A stretch of 63,192 bases of DNA, filler included, from Octopus bimaculoides (taxonomy: Eukaryota), in assembly GCF_001194135.2 (NCBI RefSeq). It is 7 parts of 6 records of this genome, joined end to end, with 100 filler letters (N's around TTAATTAATTAA, not from the genome) between each part and the next. Parts side by side here need not be neighbours in the genome. Positions count along the whole stretch, not along the records: positions 60,515 to 63,192 come from NC_068995.1; 6 more parts are not named here. One strand, written 5' to 3'. Below, one piece after another: positions 60,771-63,192 of this stretch (within the stretch, counting starts at the first letter, position 1; the number at the start of each line of letters is the position of its first letter). Position numbers and translations under genes: made by a program. The notes beneath the pieces were generated by a model. The model was not told the origin of the DNA. It saw only the letters and a list, made by a program, of their open reading frames with translations, and did no database searches.

Positions 60771-63192
60771 AAACGAGGGGAAAATTAATCGCACGACTTT
60801 GCTTACGACATCTATTATTTGTGGTACTTTACGTTGTGGTAGCTGAAATCTGAAAAGTGATTCCTGCATATTCCATACATCTGCATGTAGGTTATTTAGG
60901 GAAATGAATTAGCATTAAAATACTTACATGAATATTAAAAAAATACATTTAAAAAATTTCAAATAAGTAAATTAGATGGATCTTACATAAAAGAACATGT
61001 AAGTAAACCTAATCAAGTATTCATAAGTTTATTTACTATAGGTTTTAATTAGACAATATCTACAACTGCAATTGCTAGGATGACTTTCAATGATATTACT
61101 TTTTCTTGTAAGAAACATAATTAAGGGCAGTTTTATTTTGATAGAATATTCTCTTGTTATTCTCTTTTGATAGAATATTCTCTCTTATGATAACCAATAA
61201 AAGCAATGCTAGTTTCTTCTTGGTTACATTGTTTGCTTTAAATGTGTGTACTTGCTTTATATTATATTATACTATTTTTAGTATGAGCGGTCAGTGATGT
61301 TAATATACCCTGATCTATTTAAGATGCATTATACTACGAAGTGTAATATACTAAACTGTATTCTTTCCATCCAATGATTTCATTCTGAGTTGAAATGAAA
61401 GCAGAACTATGGAAACATAATAACTCACCACTATCAATACAGCCTTTTGCCATAAGCTTTTCTATTCTCTCACCAAGAGTATATATTAGGAACATATATT
61501 TAATGCAGGAATATTCAGTTCGCTTCAGCCGACCTTACTGGATACAACGTGAATAAAGCTCCATAGGATTGTCAGTTTTGGATGTGAACGTGTGCTACAT
61601 TGATTTATTATAAATTGACTTAATGCACAAAACTATTATATCAAACGATACTGCGACACGTTGAGCAAAACAAGTGATGGTATGAAATATGAAGAAAATG
61701 CTTTTTAATATATAAATTCCAAAGATGGATAACTCCATTCTCATTATATCTACACACACACACATGAGCGCGTGTATGTGGGCGTGTTTGTGCAACGTAT
61801 TTCAATAGAATCTGTAGAGAGAAAATTTAAAATACGTACTGTAATCATCGTTCCGCTATTTTGGCAGCTATATATGTAATCTTAAGTGTAATCTATGAGA
61901 TATTTCAAACAAAAACAGTTCAACAAAATGAATTCAATATATTTCTTGTTTTAAAACACCTATTATAGTTTCTCAGTAATCTTATGCGTTTATATATGTG
62001 TATATTGTACCGTACTCATTTAATCAATCTTGCCATTTGAATGCAGGAACATAAATAACACACAGGTTCAATAACACAAGTAAATGAATAGCTCTATTCA
62101 TTTATACACATAAATACACAAACGCGCTCATTAATACACACACACATGTGTATGCATGTATTTGTGTGAGCATCTGTTGAGCGCCTGGAATTGTAATCTT
62201 AGTCATTTAAGGATATACAATATGTACAAATAATCTAGACGTTACTGATGTCAAATATTTTATGTATCTTTACGCTTATTTGCAGCGGAATTTTGTCCAG
62301 AAAATCCATTTTAAATGTCCAGTGACAAAAAATTCAAATATTTCCAAATGAGTCGCAACGAATCACAGTGTATGTGAACAAAGACAGTAGATATTGGTTA
62401 CGCCTGCTATTTCAGCTCGTCGGCACATTATAACCGAGTCACCATGTAAAAAATGTTGTATACATGCAGACAGCCTACCTGCTGATGTGCCACAGCGGTG
62501 CACATCAAGTAAAATAAAGTAAACTTGTGAATTACAAATAATGTCAAGCCGATGTCACATACTTCATGCATGTGTTATATTTGTATACTTATAAGCTGCG
62601 GAATCCAAGTTGAAATTTCGTGTGTCATTTAAACCCATCGGCACATAAGTAAACTGCTTCTGAGATACCAAATATTTTCGTCACAAATCTGTACCGTTCT
62701 CCTCATCAACACGATGACATTGAATCTGGAGAAATTCAATTAATGAAATTTTGTTTATGTAATGTTGGGGCTATATTTTATTTGCTGGGCCGTTTGATTT
62801 TATTTTTTCTATCAATATTTGTTTAGGGTCAAATTTAAACATTTATATTTAATAATTTTATCATTGGGTTAGTGGAGGCTTTTGTTTAAGTTTGTCTCGT
62901 GTGGACCTTTAGAACTCTAAGTCTACTACTGTATTTTAGATTTCTATTTAGCGTAATTGGAATTTATCATTTTCAAATTTAATTTTTCTTGTTTCACGCT
63001 CCATCTCAGATATATGTCCATTCACTTATTCAATTTATTTATTACAATTGATTTTAATGATATTAGTTATTTATAGATTTTATTTTATTAAGAACTATTA
63101 CTACTAAGAATTACTAGTGTGAATCGGTAGTTATAGAAATAATGGTAATGAATTACATACATGCATGTATACGTATGTATACATACATATAT

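Overview
This is eukaryotic, repeat-saturated, mostly intronic or intergenic DNA from a short-read scaffold assembly. It has many N gaps, most of them next to (TA)n/(CA)n microsatellites. The SINE families and RTE 3' tails look like those of coleoid cephalopods, probably Octopus; this is recall, not a database result. Most of the window is decayed transposons: R4/Dong-clade, Hero, Tx1/L1, two RTE families, Penelope-like elements, pogo, Tc1, mariner, maT DD37D, one complete non-autonomous Helitron, a probable solo LTR and about six SINE families. No intact transposase or RT ORF is visible. Host-gene evidence is limited to 2-3 candidate minus-strand exons (best 15614-15790 and 3543-3742) and a plus-strand gap-bounded contig (5803-9770) with a Lys/Ala-rich terminal ORF and several stop-containing exon-like blocks. 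None could be named. There is no CRISPR, rRNA or bona fide tRNA gene, and I cannot support a wholly new biological system. The best leads are (i) two degenerate type-I hammerhead ribozyme motifs in Penelope-type repeats, (ii) two R4-clade families each associated with a different microsatellite, (TAA)n versus (CATA)n, (iii) the odd order of the 5803-9770 coding-like contig, (iv) a 179-bp near-perfect hairpin, and (v) an LTR with octamer, CCAAT and TATA motifs. Boundaries of degenerate elements are approximate, to within tens of bp.
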